A stretch of DNA of 64,000 nt from the human T2T-CHM13v2.0 reference genome, Homo sapiens, in NCBI RefSeq assembly GCF_009914755.1, contig NC_060934.1; one strand, written 5' to 3'. Each line of letters begins with the position of its first letter. Position 1 is the stretch's first letter. The notes under the pieces were generated by a model. It searched no databases, was not told the origin of the DNA, and worked only from the letters and a program-made list of their open reading frames with translations. Positions 1 to 20,959 of the stretch are shown here, one piece after another. A program made the position numbers and the translations under genes.

Positions 1-150
1 AGACTACAATATAGTATAAATATAACTTTTATATGCACTAGGATACCAAAAATTTTGTGATTTGCTTTATTACGATATTTGCTTTATTGCACTATTTGCT
101 TCATTGCAGTGGTCTGGAACTGAGCCCACAATATCTCCAAGGTATGCCTG
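1..150 (+). mobile_element. Tigger1 (TcMar-Tigger) terminal fragment
   Basis: Ends ...gtggtctggaactgagcccacaatatctccaaggtatgcctg, matching the Tigger1 terminal inverted-repeat end. Confidence 0.8.
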
Positions 151-530
151 AATTATATAGCTTAAAAAGGAAGGAAATTCTAACATGTGCTACAACACAG
201 ATGAACCTTGAGGACGTTATGCTTAGTGAAATAAGTGAGTCACAAAAAGAAACACTACTATATGATTCCACTTCTTTGAGGTACCTAGCCTAGTGTTAAG
301 TCAAATTCATAAAGACATAAAGTAGAATAGCAGTTGCCAGGCACTAGGAAGAGGAGGGAATGAAGAGTTGCTGTTTAATGCATAGAGTTTTAGTATCCTC
401 AAGATGAAAAGAGTTCTGGAGATTGGTTACATAATAACGTGAATATGCTTAATGCTACTTAAAAAATGGTTACGTCTGTAAATTTTATGTTGTGTATATT
501 TTACCACAATTTAAAATAGAAAACAAAAAA
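151..530 (+). mobile_element. L1 (L1MB-like) 3' end
   Basis: L1M 3' motifs: atgaaccttgaggacgttatgcttagtgaaataag, agtagaatagcagttgccagg, gagttctggagattggtt. Confidence 0.8.
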
Positions 531-793
531 CCTCCCTCCCACTGGTATGTAGCCATCTTCTAGTTCCCATATGACCCACTCTCTGTAAGTAACTTTTACT
601 TATCCAGAATTTCCTTATGCATTTACAAGTAAATATAAGCAAATCAAACAACCATATACATTGTTCTATATTTTGCTGTTTTCACTTAACAATGTATCTT
701 GGAATTCTTTCGCAGAAATCTTCATGATTTAAGAGCAACATTTTAACAAGAACTTCAATATATGAAGGAAAGCTTTAATATGACAGAACTTAC

Positions 794-954
794 CAATATC
801 TGGTAGACACTGCCCATTATAGGGGTACCAATTTCCTTTTACAGTAAAGGGACTTTTCCTGTTGCTTGTTGAACCGGTTCCCAGCTGCCCATTACCACCA
901 AGCCCAAAAGAGTAAATTCGTCCTGATGAAGGAACAAAAGCAGAAGTGTGCTGC
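794..954 (-). CDS. HERC4: HERC4 coding exon 7 (exon 9), QHTSAFVPSSGRIYSFGLGGNGQLGTGSTSNRKSPFTVKGNWYPYNGQCLPDI
   Basis: Acceptor ttttactctAG, donor TTG|GTAAGT; 161 nt, phase 2 to 1; cumulative CDS 1069 nt; the gene continues beyond the left edge. Confidence 0.96.
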
Positions 955-1744
955 CTAGAGTAAAATGATAGAAAACTTCAGACTTAATGTTACCTTCCAA
1001 CAATTTACAATGACAAAAGCAGAGAAAATATCAAAAGAGGTAATTTTTCTTTTCAAAAAATTAATAAAACCAATTGTAGTTCCAAAGCTTCTGTACAAAT
1101 ATTCATTAACAGACTTAATCTATAGAATGAATTCTGCATCACATAGACAGGCTGCACGAGCATGGTCCAGAAAATTTCCACTAATGTTTAAATTTTAAAC
1201 AGCCTGGGTCTATACTGAAATCCCTTACAATAAACGATTCAGCACCAGAGTAGCATCTACCTATGCTGTTCAAGGAAGTCCCCACTACTCCCCTTGTCAA
1301 GTTCTAGTCCAGAGCTGTGGTCTATGAAAGTCCTCCACTTGGGTATCACCGAGAAGTTTTAGGCTAAGAAATGGGAAGTAATCTAGTACCAATCAGAAGA
1401 TTGTTATATACACTTATGCATGACAGAAACAATGTTTCCTTTCTTCTGAGGAAAGTAATCTCTATATGTACGCACCAAAACTCCTCTGGAGGTACTACAG
1501 TGAAAGCAAACCTAAGAAACCACAGATCTGAAGCTAAGGATGACCCACCAATCCACTCTCAGTAAACCTATCCAACTCCTCAGAAAAAGTCTCCTTAGGC
1601 AAGCAGGGAAGTATTTCATTGTGTACCCTATCCATGAGATGGTTTTACTGAGGGGACATGGCATCTCCAGGTCTCACCCTTGTTTCTATCAGGTCTTAGA
1701 TCTTGTCTCTTGCCCTAAACCTCTTTGCCATTTGTGGCATATTG

Positions 1745-2232
1745 TTTATAAAAGTGGCTGAAATTATCCCTCTAACCATACCCATATCTTATGCAATATG
1801 ACTATTACAGTTGTTCCCAGCAAGACTGGAAATCTCTTTCTCCATGTCTTAAATCCAAGTCCTAATCTATAGCTTGCTTTGGCCAGCAGAAACAACAGTG
1901 TCTCAGTTCCGAGCCTTTGCCTCACAAGTGGCTTTATACACTCTTTCCCTAACTATCTTTAGGAATTCTGCTCTACCATCGTAAGAATAAACCAAGGTTA
2001 GCAGCTAAAGGATGATCTACAATCTGGAACAGACAAACTGTCCCAGCTGAGGCCATCCTAGACTTCCAGCTCCTAGCCAGATCATCAACTGATCATCTAA
2101 GTCAGCTAAGATGAGAGCAGCCCAGTTAAGCCCGGCCAAAATTACTAAAACAAAGAACTATTAGCTAAATAATTATTTTAGGTCACTAGGTTTTGGAGTC
2201 GTTCTGTTTAGCGACATAAGCTAACTAATACA
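1745..2232 (+). mobile_element. MLT1 (ERVL-MaLR) LTR
   Basis: ttgctttggccagcagaa core; 3' end ttttaggtcactaggttttggag...agctaactaataca. Confidence 0.7.
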
Positions 2233-2519
2233 TTACCCAGATTGGCAAATTCTTTCAGGGTAGCTCCAAAGTCAATTCAAACTAACACCTTTGGTTTTCA
2301 AATTTCTTTTGTTTTTGCCAGGTGGAGTTCTCTTTACAACCTGGCAAACTCACACATGCTATTTTAAAGGGGTTTTGATTCAAGAGTTTTCAAGTTAGCT
2401 AGTCTGCTAGATTACTACCCTCCCTCAGGAAGCAGCCATCTCAAAGGAATGTATTAATAGTTTGAAAATTACTGCAATACTATTTTATTAAAACTCCTCC
2501 TCACACTGGACTAATAAAG

Positions 2520-2580
2520 CACTGGTTCTTAACCCTGGCTGCATATTTGAATCATCTTGGGGTGAATCTAGGTAAAAATA
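2520..2580. mobile_element. MER5-type hAT-Charlie fragment interrupted by an Alu
   Basis: cactggttcttaaccctggctgcatatttgaatcatcttgggg resembles the MER5 end. Confidence 0.55.
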
Positions 2581-2588
2581 TATATTTT

Positions 2589-6118
<3,530 letters not shown>

Positions 6119-7251
6119 TAGAAGAAGTTATTATGGTGTCTATATAGTGTTTAGTGGCACAGGGGCAGGCATATAGATTGAAAAATTAGAGATCACAGAA
6201 AGAGATCCATGTACATACAACAGCTTATGGCAACAGTGACACCATACAGTAGGAGGGTGAAGAATTTTCAAAAATGGAGCTAGACAGGGGGATTCTTGGA
6301 AAATCGTGGAATAAGAAGCACCGAGAATCTGTTTCCCACCTAGACAACAATTACACTGACAGAATCTGTCTGAGAGAACCATTCTGCAACTCTGGAGTCT
6401 ATGCACGGTTTGTTATTTCCAAGAGAAGAGTTGGATGGCAAATTCTGGTTAATTTCAACTTCGGATCTTAGCATGGTAGCAGTTACCCACTCCTTACTCC
6501 TGTGTAATGCAGCCATGAACAGCTTCCAGGAGCAGCCTGTATGCAACTTGTAGAAGCCAGGGTGGGCAATAACGACTTTGTCTGTTTTAGGAACTGGTGC
6601 CCTGATCAATGATTGGTGCTTCTGATCACCAAGGTGCAGAAAGGCAGGCAATCACTGTTGTATACTCTCCCATTCTGGCTAAAGAGACTTCCAAGGAATT
6701 CAAAGGGCTGATGCCTTTCTCTTTTTTTCTTCTACTCTCCTTCCACCCCCACCTTTCATTTTTTCCTTGTTTCTTTGGGGAGCCAGGCATTTAAGGTCTA
6801 CAACATTAAAAAGCAACCACATTTATGGGTGAATTTAGAATGTCACTGTGCATTAGCAGGGAAAGGTATAGGCTAAGAAAAGACCTCATTTTTATACCTC
6901 AGGGTGACTCCTGACACAGATAAAACCTACAATGATCAAAAACCAAAAATCAGCAAACTCTGGCAAAGGGGGAGAATCTGATTTCCAGTTACCATATTAT
7001 TAAATGTCCAGTTTTCAAAAAACATCACAAGACATACAAAGTAGTAGGAAAGGGTGGCCCATTCAAAGAAAATATAAGCCAACAATAGAAACTATCCCTG
7101 AGAAAGGTCAAATGGCAGACCTAAAAGACAAAGACTAAATCAAACATCCTAAAGATGCTCAAAGAACTAGAGTAAGACGTGTAAAAAGAAAAAAAAAATG
7201 TATGAACAAAACGGAAATATCAATCAAAAAGAAAAACTAAAAAAAAAGTTT

Positions 7252-7616
<365 letters not shown>

Positions 7617-8206
7617 TCAGCAAGCAGAAGAAAAATCAGCAAACGTAAAGATAGGACAGTTGCAATTATTGAGTCTGTGGAACAGAAAATCTTAAAAAAA
7701 GTGCAGAGAGCCTAGGGGAACCATAGGATACCATTAAGCAGACCAACATAAGCACTGTAGAATTCTCAGAAGAATAGAGCAAGAGAGAGACTATTTGAAG
7801 AAGTAATAGCCAAAAACTCCCCAAATATGGGGAAAGACATGAATCTAAACATCCATAAGCCCCAATGAATTCTACGCAGGATAAACTCAGAGACCAGAGA
7901 CACACAGTTCAATCAAAATGCTGAAAGACAAAGAATCTTGAAAGCAGCATGAAAGAAGCAGGTTGTCATACACAAAGGATTCTCAATAAAATACTTAAGA
8001 ACTGAATTCAGCAGCACACTAAAAGGGTTACATACTATGACCACGACCAAGTGAGAGTTATTCCTAGAATGCAAACCTGGTTCAACATATGAAAATTAAT
8101 ATATGTAATCAATGTAATATATCAAATTAACAGATTGAAGGAGGAAAAGACACGCACAATCATCTGAATTGATGCAGAAAAAGCACTTGCTTTTCCTGTA
8201 AGATCA

Positions 8207-9338
<1,132 letters not shown>

Positions 9339-12321
9339 CTAAATGTAAAAGGTAAAACTATAAAACTCTAAGAAGCAAACAGGGAAATGCTTCATGACAT
9401 TGGATTTGGCAATGATTTCTTAGATATGACACCAAATGCATAGCCAACAAAAGAAAAAATAAACAAACTGGACTTTATACAATTTTAAAGCTTCATGCAT
9501 CAAAAGACACTATCTATAGAATACAACCCACAGAATGAAAGAAAATATCTGCAAATATCTGATAAGGGATTAGTATCTAGAATATATAGAGAACTCTGAA
9601 AACTCAACAACAACAAAACAGCCAGATTCAAAAATGGGAAAAACACTTTAATTGACATTTCTCCTAAAGATGTACAAATGGTCAACAAGTATATAAAAAT
9701 ATGCTCAGCTCACTAATCATTGGGAAAATGCAAATCAAAACCACAGGAGATAACATGTTACACGTATTAAAATAGGTATTATAAAAAAAAAAAGAAAAAG
9801 GCAAAATGAGAAAATAACAGTGTTGGTGAGGATGTAGAGAAACTGAAACCCTGTACACTTTTGGTGGAAATATAAAACAGGGCAGTTACTATGAGAAACA
9901 GTATGGCAGTTCCTACAAAAATTAAAAACAGAATTGCCATATGAACCACCAATTCCACTTCTGGGTATATGCCCAAAAGAACTGAAAGTGGGGTCCTGAA
10001 GGGATGTTTTTATATTCATGTTCATAGCAACAATATTCACAATAAGATAAAACACAAAAGTAACCCAAGTGTCCATCAAAAGATGAATGCACAAGCAAAA
10101 TTAGCATATACACACAATGGAATGCTGTTCAGCCTTTTAAAGGGAGGAAATTCTGACATATATAGAAGGAAATTCTACAACATGGGTGAACCTTGATGAC
10201 ACTACGCTGAGTGAGATAAGTCAGTCACCAAAAGACAAACACTGTAAGAGTCTACCTATATGAGATACCTACAGGAGTTAAATTCACAGAGACAGGAAGT
10301 AGAATGGTGGTTGCCACAAGAGAGTATGGAGAATAGGGAGTCATTGTTTAATGGGTATAGAGCTTCAGTTTTGCAAGATAAAAAGAATTCTAGAGATGAA
10401 TGGTGATGATGGTTTCACAACAATATTAATGTACTTAATACCATGGACTGTATACTTAAAAATAGTTAAGGTGGTAAATTTTGTTGTATGTATTTCCCAC
10501 AAAAACTTTTAATGGTGCTAGGGTAATTGACTATTTATATTTTTAAAAAGTTGATTCCTTACTTGAACATTATACTGTCCTCCACAAAATAAATCAACTT
10601 CAGATAACTTACAGACCTCCATGTAAAAGGCAACACTATGTTTTTGAAGATAACAGAGATGATTACTTTTATGCCTTCAGGTAGGAAAATATTTCTTAGA
10701 AAATAAATGGCACTATTAAGTAAAATATTAATAAATTCATCTACATTAATATCTAAAACTTCTGTTCATTGAAAGACAACAGAATGAAAATGACAAGGTA
10801 AGGCAAAACATGGAAAGACATCTGTAAAACATATGCCCAATAAAGAACTTTTATCCCTGTATTGAGAAACATTATGAACTTGTATCTACACTATATAAAT
10901 AACTACTATGAATCAATTTTTATATCCTGAGGAAATGTAAGTGGCCAATAAACATATGAAAAGGTACTCAAGTAAGTCATGGAAATGTATATTCAAATTA
11001 TGAAATAACAATAAATATCCAAGAAATTAGCAAAAAGTCTGACAATACTAACTGGTGATAAGTACAAGAGCATCAGGAATTCTCATACACTGCTAATGGG
11101 AATACAAACTGGTAAAACCACATGGGAAATATGGTTTAACCTACAAAATTCAAATTAAGTGTCCTCTATAACCCAGTAATTCCATTCTGGGTATATATGA
11201 AGGTTAACATATACCATATAATAAAAGTGCAAAGCAACATTATTCATAATTGCCAAAACTGGCAACATGCAAATGTCCATCAGCAATAGAATGAGTATAT
11301 TATATATGTATAAAATTGAATAAAAAACATTAATGAGGCCTAATGATGGAGAACCATAACTACATAAAAATCATAAAAGTCTGATGTTAAGAGGAAAAAA
11401 AGAATCACCAAAGAATACTTACAGTGTGATTACATGCATTTGAAGCTAATAGTTGATAAAACTAAACTATTGTATAGCTATACATACAAGGTAGAAAAAC
11501 ATTAAGCAAGGTGATCAAAATTAAGTTATGTGGTCAAAAAAGGTACATTTTGCTACTTGGGAGTCTGCTCAATTTAATTCCCCCAAAGATGAAGCTCAAC
11601 TCAAAGACTCTTCTATTTATTCCCAAGACCTAAGAATCAACAGATGAAGCTCAATGTCAAAGACTCTTCTGTTTACTCCCAAGAACTCAGAATAAGGAGA
11701 ATTAGGAGATTATTGGTTTAATTATGCCAATCAAACTTTCATCACATTAATTCTGTCTTAATTAACTGGTCGATCTCTTCACCCTTTAAGGAAAAAAGGT
11801 AAGCCTGGGCAACATAATGAGACCTTGTTGCTACTAAAAATTAAAAAAATAAAATTAGCTGGGCATGGTAGTGCATGCCTGCAGTCCCAGCTACTCAAAA
11901 GCCTGAGGCAAGAGGATCACTTGAGCCCAGGAGATTGAGGCTGCAATAAGCCATAATTGTGGTACTCCAGACTGGGTGACAGAGCAAGACTCTATCACCC
12001 CAAAAAGGAAAGAAAAGAAAAGAAAAAAAGGTGGAAAAGAGAAAGAAAGAAGCCTTTCGAGTGTGATATCAACTACAATAAATATAATATTACATATACA
12101 CTATTAACATCTTGCCTCAGCTAAATCTGTTCAAGTAAAAATAAATAAAATAACAGTAAAAAAGATGTTTCTCCTGTTACTATGACTCCTCAGTGGCAAA
12201 ATAGGTATTTGGGGGCAGAATGTGTTTCCTCAGATTATTAGGATCTCTGAAACAATTCAATAAGCAATCCCTAAACAACTGCAGTTTAGAGACCAAAATG
12301 CTCTTTTACATAACACCTTAC

Positions 12322-12452
12322 CGTCCACAAGCAATCTCAGTGACAATGCTTCCCATAAGTTCAAAAACTTTCCTTGGGTTTATTTCATGACTGGTAGAAT
12401 TATGGCCCAACTGACCATACCCTCCAGCTCCAAAAGTAAACACTCCACCTTC
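12322..12452 (-). CDS. HERC4: HERC4 coding exon 6 (exon 8), EGGVFTFGAGGYGQLGHNSTSHEINPRKVFELMGSIVTEIACG(R)
   Basis: Acceptor tctttttttttAG, donor ACG|GTAAGG; 131 nt, phase 0 to 2. Confidence 0.96.
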
Positions 12453-12999
12453 CTAAAAAAAAGACAAAACCCCTTATCATTAGAAGGCATGATAAAAGAA
12501 AATAACTGATCTCCAGAAAAATAAGTCCAAATCTTTAATATAAACTCAGTTTTTTCTCTTCTAAGAACTGTCTTCACAATTTAACAGACAGATGGCTCTT
12601 TCAAAGTAAAATGTCATAAAACTATGAGAATTCCAGGTAATGATGTTTTCACCGTTATAAAATATTTAGACACTGAAGAGATACAAATAATTATTTATTT
12701 GCATTGCCTTTCATTATCATTATACTGTCTTGCTGAATTCCACATACATATATATAATTTCACGAAACCTAAAAACGGTATCATCTTCACTTTTCAAGGT
12801 AGTTACTGCCTTACATAAATGCGCTGCAAAAAGAGTACATGTAACCAGAGTGCATAAATAGAGCAATTTTTATTTACTTATTAATTTTTTCAGACAGGGT
12901 CTTGCTCTATCACCCAGGCTTGAGTGCCGTGGCATGATCATGGCTCACTGCAGCCTCAACCTCGTGGGCTCAGGTGATCCTCCCACCTCAGCCTCCTAA

Positions 13000-13185
<186 letters not shown>

Positions 13186-13432
13186 TAGCATACAGCTGCT
13201 ATAATATACAGATGTTTTTAAAAAAAACTCCCTATAAAAACATATAACTGAAGCAGGTGGATCACTTGAGCTCAAGAGTTTGAGACTAGCCTGGCCAACA
13301 TGGTGAAACTCTGTCTCTACTTAAAACACAAAAATTAGGGCCAGATGTGGTGGCTCACGCCTGTAATCCCAGCACTTTGGGAGGCCGAGGCAGGTGGATC
13401 ACGAGGTCAGGAGATCGAGACCATCCTGGCTA

Positions 13433-13826
<394 letters not shown>

Positions 13827-15965
13827 TTATAACTAAATTAGAAGTTCTGTATTGGAAAAAATCTGTGATAACACAATCACAATTAGTATTCTTCAGTTCA
13901 ACTGCTTTTCTTCATAACTGTAGCTATATATGCAACTTTATATCCTGCTTTCATCATTTAATAGCGTTACTACATACTGTTATATGAGAACATTCATTTT
14001 TCTTTTTTTATCACAGAAAATTTCAAGCAAATACACAAGGTAAAGAGAAAATATAGTAAATCACCATATAACCATCACTCAGTTTCAATAACTGGCAAAA
14101 GGTTGGTTATTTTGTTTCACTGGTGTCTCCCTTTCCCTTTTGGGGGTATTTTCAAACAAAACAAAAAGAACTTGAGTACTTTAAAGCAAATTGTGGTCAT
14201 CAAATCATTTCACCCACAAATGTGTATCTTCAACAGCATATATCTGTAACCGACAAAAGTATATAACCACCATACTATACCACGTTCACAAAATCAATAC
14301 TAATTTCTTAATATCAGCTAATAACTAGGCCATGTTTAAATCTTCCTGATTATTTTATTGCATCATGTCACAAAGCATATGTCTGCTTTGTTAGTGAAGT
14401 TAAAAATAACTAAGTCGGGTGGGGCACGGTGGCTCACGCCTATAATCCCAGCACTTTGGGAGGCTGAGGCGGGTGGATCATTTGAGGACAGGAGATCAAG
14501 GCCATCCTGGCCAACATGCTGACACTTCGTCTCTACTAAAAATACAAAAATTAGCTGGGCGTAGTGGTGTGTGCCTGTAATCCCAGCTACTCGGGAGGCT
14601 GAGGCAGGAGAATCACTTGAATCCAGGAGATGGAAGCCTGAAGTGAGCCAAGATCACACCACTGCACTCCAGCCTGGGCAACACAGTGAGACTCCATCTC
14701 AAAAAGAAAAAAATTATATATATATATCACATATTTTTATTATATATATATTTATTATATTTTTAATTATATATATATATATATAATAAAAATAAGTCAA
14801 AGTGTGTCAGCCTGATACATCCCCATTAGGTTTAATGGTCTTTGCCTAGATCCATTATTTCATCAGGGAGTGTAAAATGGTGATTTTTCTAGTTGCATTA
14901 TTTTTCCTAGAGTTATGAGCTGGAATTCTTCTATAAATAACTTAACTCATTAACTATTAAATTACCTAAAATACAATTTGCAAATGAAAGGCAGAATACT
15001 TGATTCTTTCCCATTATTGACCAGTTAAAAAAAAAAAAATGAGTGTTGTCCTAGCAACTTCCAAAGGTAAGCAATAAGTTTTGCTTATATTGATTTGCAA
15101 GAAGAGAAGATCACTACAAAAATTCATGGATTTTTTTATAGATCTGATGTTTTCCATTTTTTGCAGTCATTATTTCTTCTCGATATCCAGTGAAAGCTCC
15201 TTCAAGTTGTTCTTCTGAGAGGACCGTAGTAATCTTTGCTTTTTTGTAACACAAAATGCCCAAAGGTATTCTTATACATATTTTTTGCCCTAGACATGGG
15301 ATCAGACTCTTCTCTAAGAAGCCCTGGTTCCTTTTAGTGGAGAATCTACAACAATCAAGGGATTATCATTGTGTCCAGATTATACATGGTTCATCACTTC
15401 TAGGACCTTTCACTCGTTATGGCAAAACAAAAACAAAAACAAAACAAAAAGCATATTCTTGGAGAAAAATAAATGAGTTCATACTAACACTTGCGATTCA
15501 AAGTAAAGATCACAAGGTTTTAATTCCTATAGTTTTAGATCTCTTTTCTCTTAAGCTGAAAATCATAGTTTATAATACAGTAAAATAACTACTTCTTTGC
15601 TTTCTCCTATTTATATGTAATATATTGGAATTTATTTGCTATTAGCAAATTTACTTCTAGCAGTAAGACTACAGAATGCACACTTGTAATTCCAGCATTT
15701 TGGGGGGCTGAGGTGGGAGGCTCGCTTAAAACCAGGAGTACCAGACCAGCCTAGGCAATAAAGCGAGACACCATCTCTACAAAAAATAAAAAATAAAAAA
15801 ATTAGCCAGGCACAGTGGCGCCCGTAGCTCCAGCTACTCAGGAGACTGAGGTGGGAGGACTGCTTAAGCCCAAGAATTCGGTCATAGCTTCAGTGCACTA
15901 TGACTGTGCCACTGCACTCCAACTTGAGCAAGAGTGAGACCCCCATCTCAGAAAAAAAAAAGTTA

Positions 15966-16115
<150 letters not shown>

Positions 16116-16493
16116 TTAGCCAGGTGTGGTGATGCATGCCTGTAGTCCCAGGTACTCAGGAGGCTGAGGCAGGAGAATCACTTGAACCCAAGAGGTGGAC
16201 GTTACAGTGGGCCGAGATCGCACCACTGTACTCCAGACTGGGTGACAGAACAAGACTCCATCTCAAAAAAAAAAGAAAAAGAATGCAATTTAAGATTTCT
16301 TTGTGGATTTAGTTTATCCTTAGTGTATTTCCCCCTAGTGATATACAGCAAAATGCTGTATTTTAAAATCACCTAAAATAATTATTTCTGGTGTAGTTGT
16401 GCCACTAACTTGTTAGTTTTCAATTTTTAAGGACGAATATTTATATAATTTTTATATATTATATATATTTTTATTTATATAATTTACATATAA

Positions 16494-16791
<298 letters not shown>

Positions 16792-17011
16792 TGAGCCACT
16801 GTGCCCAGCCATAATTTTGCTTTTTAATCACATGTAACAGTTTCTAGATTCCAAAGTCAAAAATTGTAAGGCAAGGCACATTTGTTCTGGCTATTAATTT
16901 TAAATTTACTGTATTTTTAAAAACATATAAGGCCGGGTGCAGGATTACACACCTGTAATCCCAGCATTCTGGGAGGCAGAGGCGGGCAGATCACTTGAGG
17001 TCAGGAGTTCA

Positions 17012-17260
<249 letters not shown>

Positions 17261-18245
17261 TCATATTTTGGTCCCTTTCTTACAGAAAGCTGTTCCATAC
17301 ACCTTGCTCTTTTCACTTAGCAATATATCCTAGAAATCATTCCACAGCATAAATACCTCATTCTGTTTTACACTTCACTGTACTTCATTACAGGGATGTA
17401 CCACAATTTATTTAACTCATGGACATTTGGATTTCTTCTAGTCTTTTGCCATTAAAAGGTCACAGTAAATGGTCTTGTGCACACACAATTTCAAATCTTT
17501 GGGGTAGATTCCTAAAAGTGGGACTGCTACATCAAAATGTGTATTTGTATGTGATTTACAGAATACATCTGCAAATAAACTTGAAAAAAATGTGACATCT
17601 TTATGGAAGTATCCTCATATCTATAAACATGGTATGTCTTTCCATTTATTCTGTTTTTAAAAGTTGGTTTTAAAATCTTTCCTAATGCAGTTTTCCTAAG
17701 GTAGGTTTTGTACAGAAAACTGCTTCATAAAGCAATCTTAATCTATTTACTATTTCCAAGAAATTCTTCCAGAAAAGCAAGACATATGGATATGGAACAG
17801 GTATTTTAACTTAAATAAAGGGAAAATAAAATATTTTACTTTGGGGATATTAACAACTATCTAATTTTGTTAAAAATAATGTACACCCAAAATTCCAATA
17901 AACAAATATCACTAGCTACTATCTTCTGAGAGAAGAATACAAAAGATTAAGAGAATTAGCATTTCTTAAAACTAAATAGACATAAAAAGTTACTTATCCT
18001 AGAACATTAGGATGAATGGTTATCTGAAAGGCTGAATTTGAAAAGCATTAACATTGTTAGTCTTTCTGCCATAAAATTAGTTTTTGGAATGACACCACAC
18101 ATGATATTTTTTATATTTTGATAAATTTCTTCCAAATACCAATAACGAAAAAGGACGAGTAAAATTTAAGACTTGCCAACAGGAATAAATAAGACTTCAG
18201 TGATTACATTTGTTATCTGAATGCCAAAATCAATAAAATATGATA

Positions 18246-18320
18246 TTAGGTTGGTGCAAAATTAATTGCAGTTTTTACCATTAATGGCAAAAAAATGAAA
18301 TTACTTTTGCGCCAACCTAA
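18246..18320. mobile_element. MADE1 (Hsmar1-derived MITE)
   Basis: TA-ttaggttggtgcaaaa...ttttgcgccaacctaa-TA: terminal inverted repeats with TA target duplication, 75 bp. Confidence 0.93.
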
Positions 18321-18527
18321 TAATAAGATTGGCAGGTATAATAATCCTTCCTTACTAAAAGGCAAGTACTACAAAATACTTTAAAATTAACTTTCATAAT
18401 TGGTCATTATATTTTTAAAAGTGCCTTGAGTTCACTATATTTGACAATAACGAAGAATAATTATTGTCCTGCTAAAATTCCCAAGTAGAAATATAATGTA
18501 GAATTTTAAAGCCTGATTAGAAGTTAA

Positions 18528-18882
<355 letters not shown>

Positions 18883-19550
18883 TAACCAGTTTCTAATTTG
18901 ACCAATGAAAAACTTTACATTAACATGACTGCAATAAATAATTATCTGGTAAACGTTAACTGAATGCTTTCATTTTCATCTAACTTCTAGTCACTCAAGA
19001 ACTAAACAGTACTGATACTCAATTGGCACATACCCAAGACAGTGAGAGGTCAGAGTTAAAGCCATTGATAAGACTGTGATCACTGTAACTGCTTGCACAA
19101 TACTTGGCCTATGAATAACAGAGAAATTCATCTCCTCTATTGCTTGTATGAAGTATTTATAAGCCAAATGGAAACTACATTCAAATTAGGCTGAGCTACA
19201 CGATATAAATGGGTTTGATGCATATATCATGGCAAGCTTAATGAACTAAAACGGAATAATTTTATTCAAAGTATGACCTTAAGCAGTATTTCATATAAAG
19301 CTGAGAAATTCAGCAATATACTATCATCACATATAATAGTATATCAGAATTCACATTTAATAACATAAAACAACATTGAAAAATAAGGTAAATTTTTTTC
19401 AAGAATAATCTAAGTCTTTTTTCCCAGATAAATTATTTTTGAAATACCAATAACACTCAAGTTAAAACTTGAGAAAATACCATGAGAACATTCATTAATT
19501 ATGAAAGAACTATGATGAGTAATAATAAAGAAGTTTTAGAAGTACAATAC

Positions 19551-19642
19551 CTTGGTTAGAGCAGCAGTATGATCTTCTCCACAACAAATATAAACTATTT
19601 TCTGAGATCTTAGTGACTTTAGTAAATTAGGAACATACCTAT
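19551..19642 (-). CDS. HERC4: HERC4 coding exon 5 (exon 7), (D)RYVPNLLKSLRSQKIVYICCGEDHTAALTK
   Basis: Acceptor aattttcAG, donor AAG|GTATTG; 92 nt, phase 1 to 0. Confidence 0.96.
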
Positions 19643-20737
19643 CTGAAAATTCCAACAAGAGATGTTAATAGTATTTTAAAAATCAAAACTCATCTAGATG
19701 TGTTTCCTCTACAGCTTGCCAAGCTCAGTAGATAGTTGTGACTAAATAATTTTAACTATGATTCGATGATTTTGTAGTACAAGCTTACTAAGTCAGGTTC
19801 CCAGGCCTATCCATACTATTGTGATAAAGGAGGGACTTAAGAGTTAAGTGCTAAACAGCCAATATGCCAGTATGCAAAGGACTCAGAAATCAAGAAATTT
19901 CAAAATTATCTAACTGCTTCTAATTTTCCACACATACATCATTCTTTATATTCACTTCATGATAGTTATACCCACAGGAGCCTACTTAAAAGCCTGGAAA
20001 AAAAAATGTACTTTAGGCTGTTTTGTAGCAGAAAAGATACATGATATCCTAATATGACATATTTTTCTTATGCAAAACAAGGTATTCTTTAATTCTTTCT
20101 GAAAGTATTGTTTGCTTATCATTACTAGTTGTTACTAGATTAATAACTCACTTTTGTCCATTTCAGTCATTACAATTATACTGAACTATAAGAAATTAGC
20201 TTTTGTAAGTCAAATACTGGCATTCAACTCAATGTAATCATGAAAAATAAGTTCCAAGATCCCAACTTGTTTCAGTTACAATTTTTTCAAATTCAAAATG
20301 TTTAAGACTTTAGCATCAATGTTAAAAGTGAAGCCCAACCAAAGATTAATTTAACAGCCCAAATCATTTAAATATTTCCTTGAAAAACTCAAAGATTAAC
20401 ACTTCATGTTACTTCCCCAGAATAATTTTACAGCTTTTTTCCACTAACAGTGGCCAATAATGGATTAACAATTTGAAGTAATGTTTTTCAATTGTCTTTT
20501 AATAAACATCCAATACTAAACATTTTGTCCAGATATACTTTTTATAGTTCTTTAATGAATAAAGGATATTTTGTATCTTCCCACTGCATTCCCCAAATGG
20601 AATTTTTAAATAACATCTCATCCCCACCTCTATACCAGGGAAGATACATTTCTCTCTTATACTAAGAATCACTGATCTAACTCAAAAGACCATCTCTTTC
20701 AAAAAGTACACTTAAACTATACATAATGAGAACCTAC

Positions 20738-20959
20738 CATTTTCATCATTAAGACCTAGCTGACCAAACTTGTTGCGTCCCCATCCAAAGATAGCTCCAG
20801 AAAGGGTGAGTACAAAACTATGGGCTCCTCCTGCTGCAACTTGCATGAAAGGGATTCCAAGCAAAGACTTAAGCAGCTGCGGTGAAGTTTGCTTTTTACA
20901 GTCAGTACCTAAACCCAATTGGCCATATTTATTCTGTCCCCAACAGAAGACTTCACTTG
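20738..20959 (-). CDS. HERC4: HERC4 coding exon 4 (exon 6), (A)SEVFCWGQNKYGQLGLG...GRNKFGQLGLNDEN
   Basis: Acceptor ctgttttacAG, donor ATG|GTAGGT; 222 nt, phase 1 to 1; overlaps track ORF 20712..20918. Confidence 0.97.

Noticed and set aside
2314-2348. 10-bp inverted repeat tttgccaggt/acctggcaaa with a 15-nt loop
   Set aside because: Short enough to arise by chance in 64 kb or from a decayed DNA transposon end; no supporting context.
20712-20737. ORF tails GRFSLCIV (and GKLKCF at 59671-59690)
   Set aside because: Read-through past canonical donors into the intron, not evidence of distinct C-termini.
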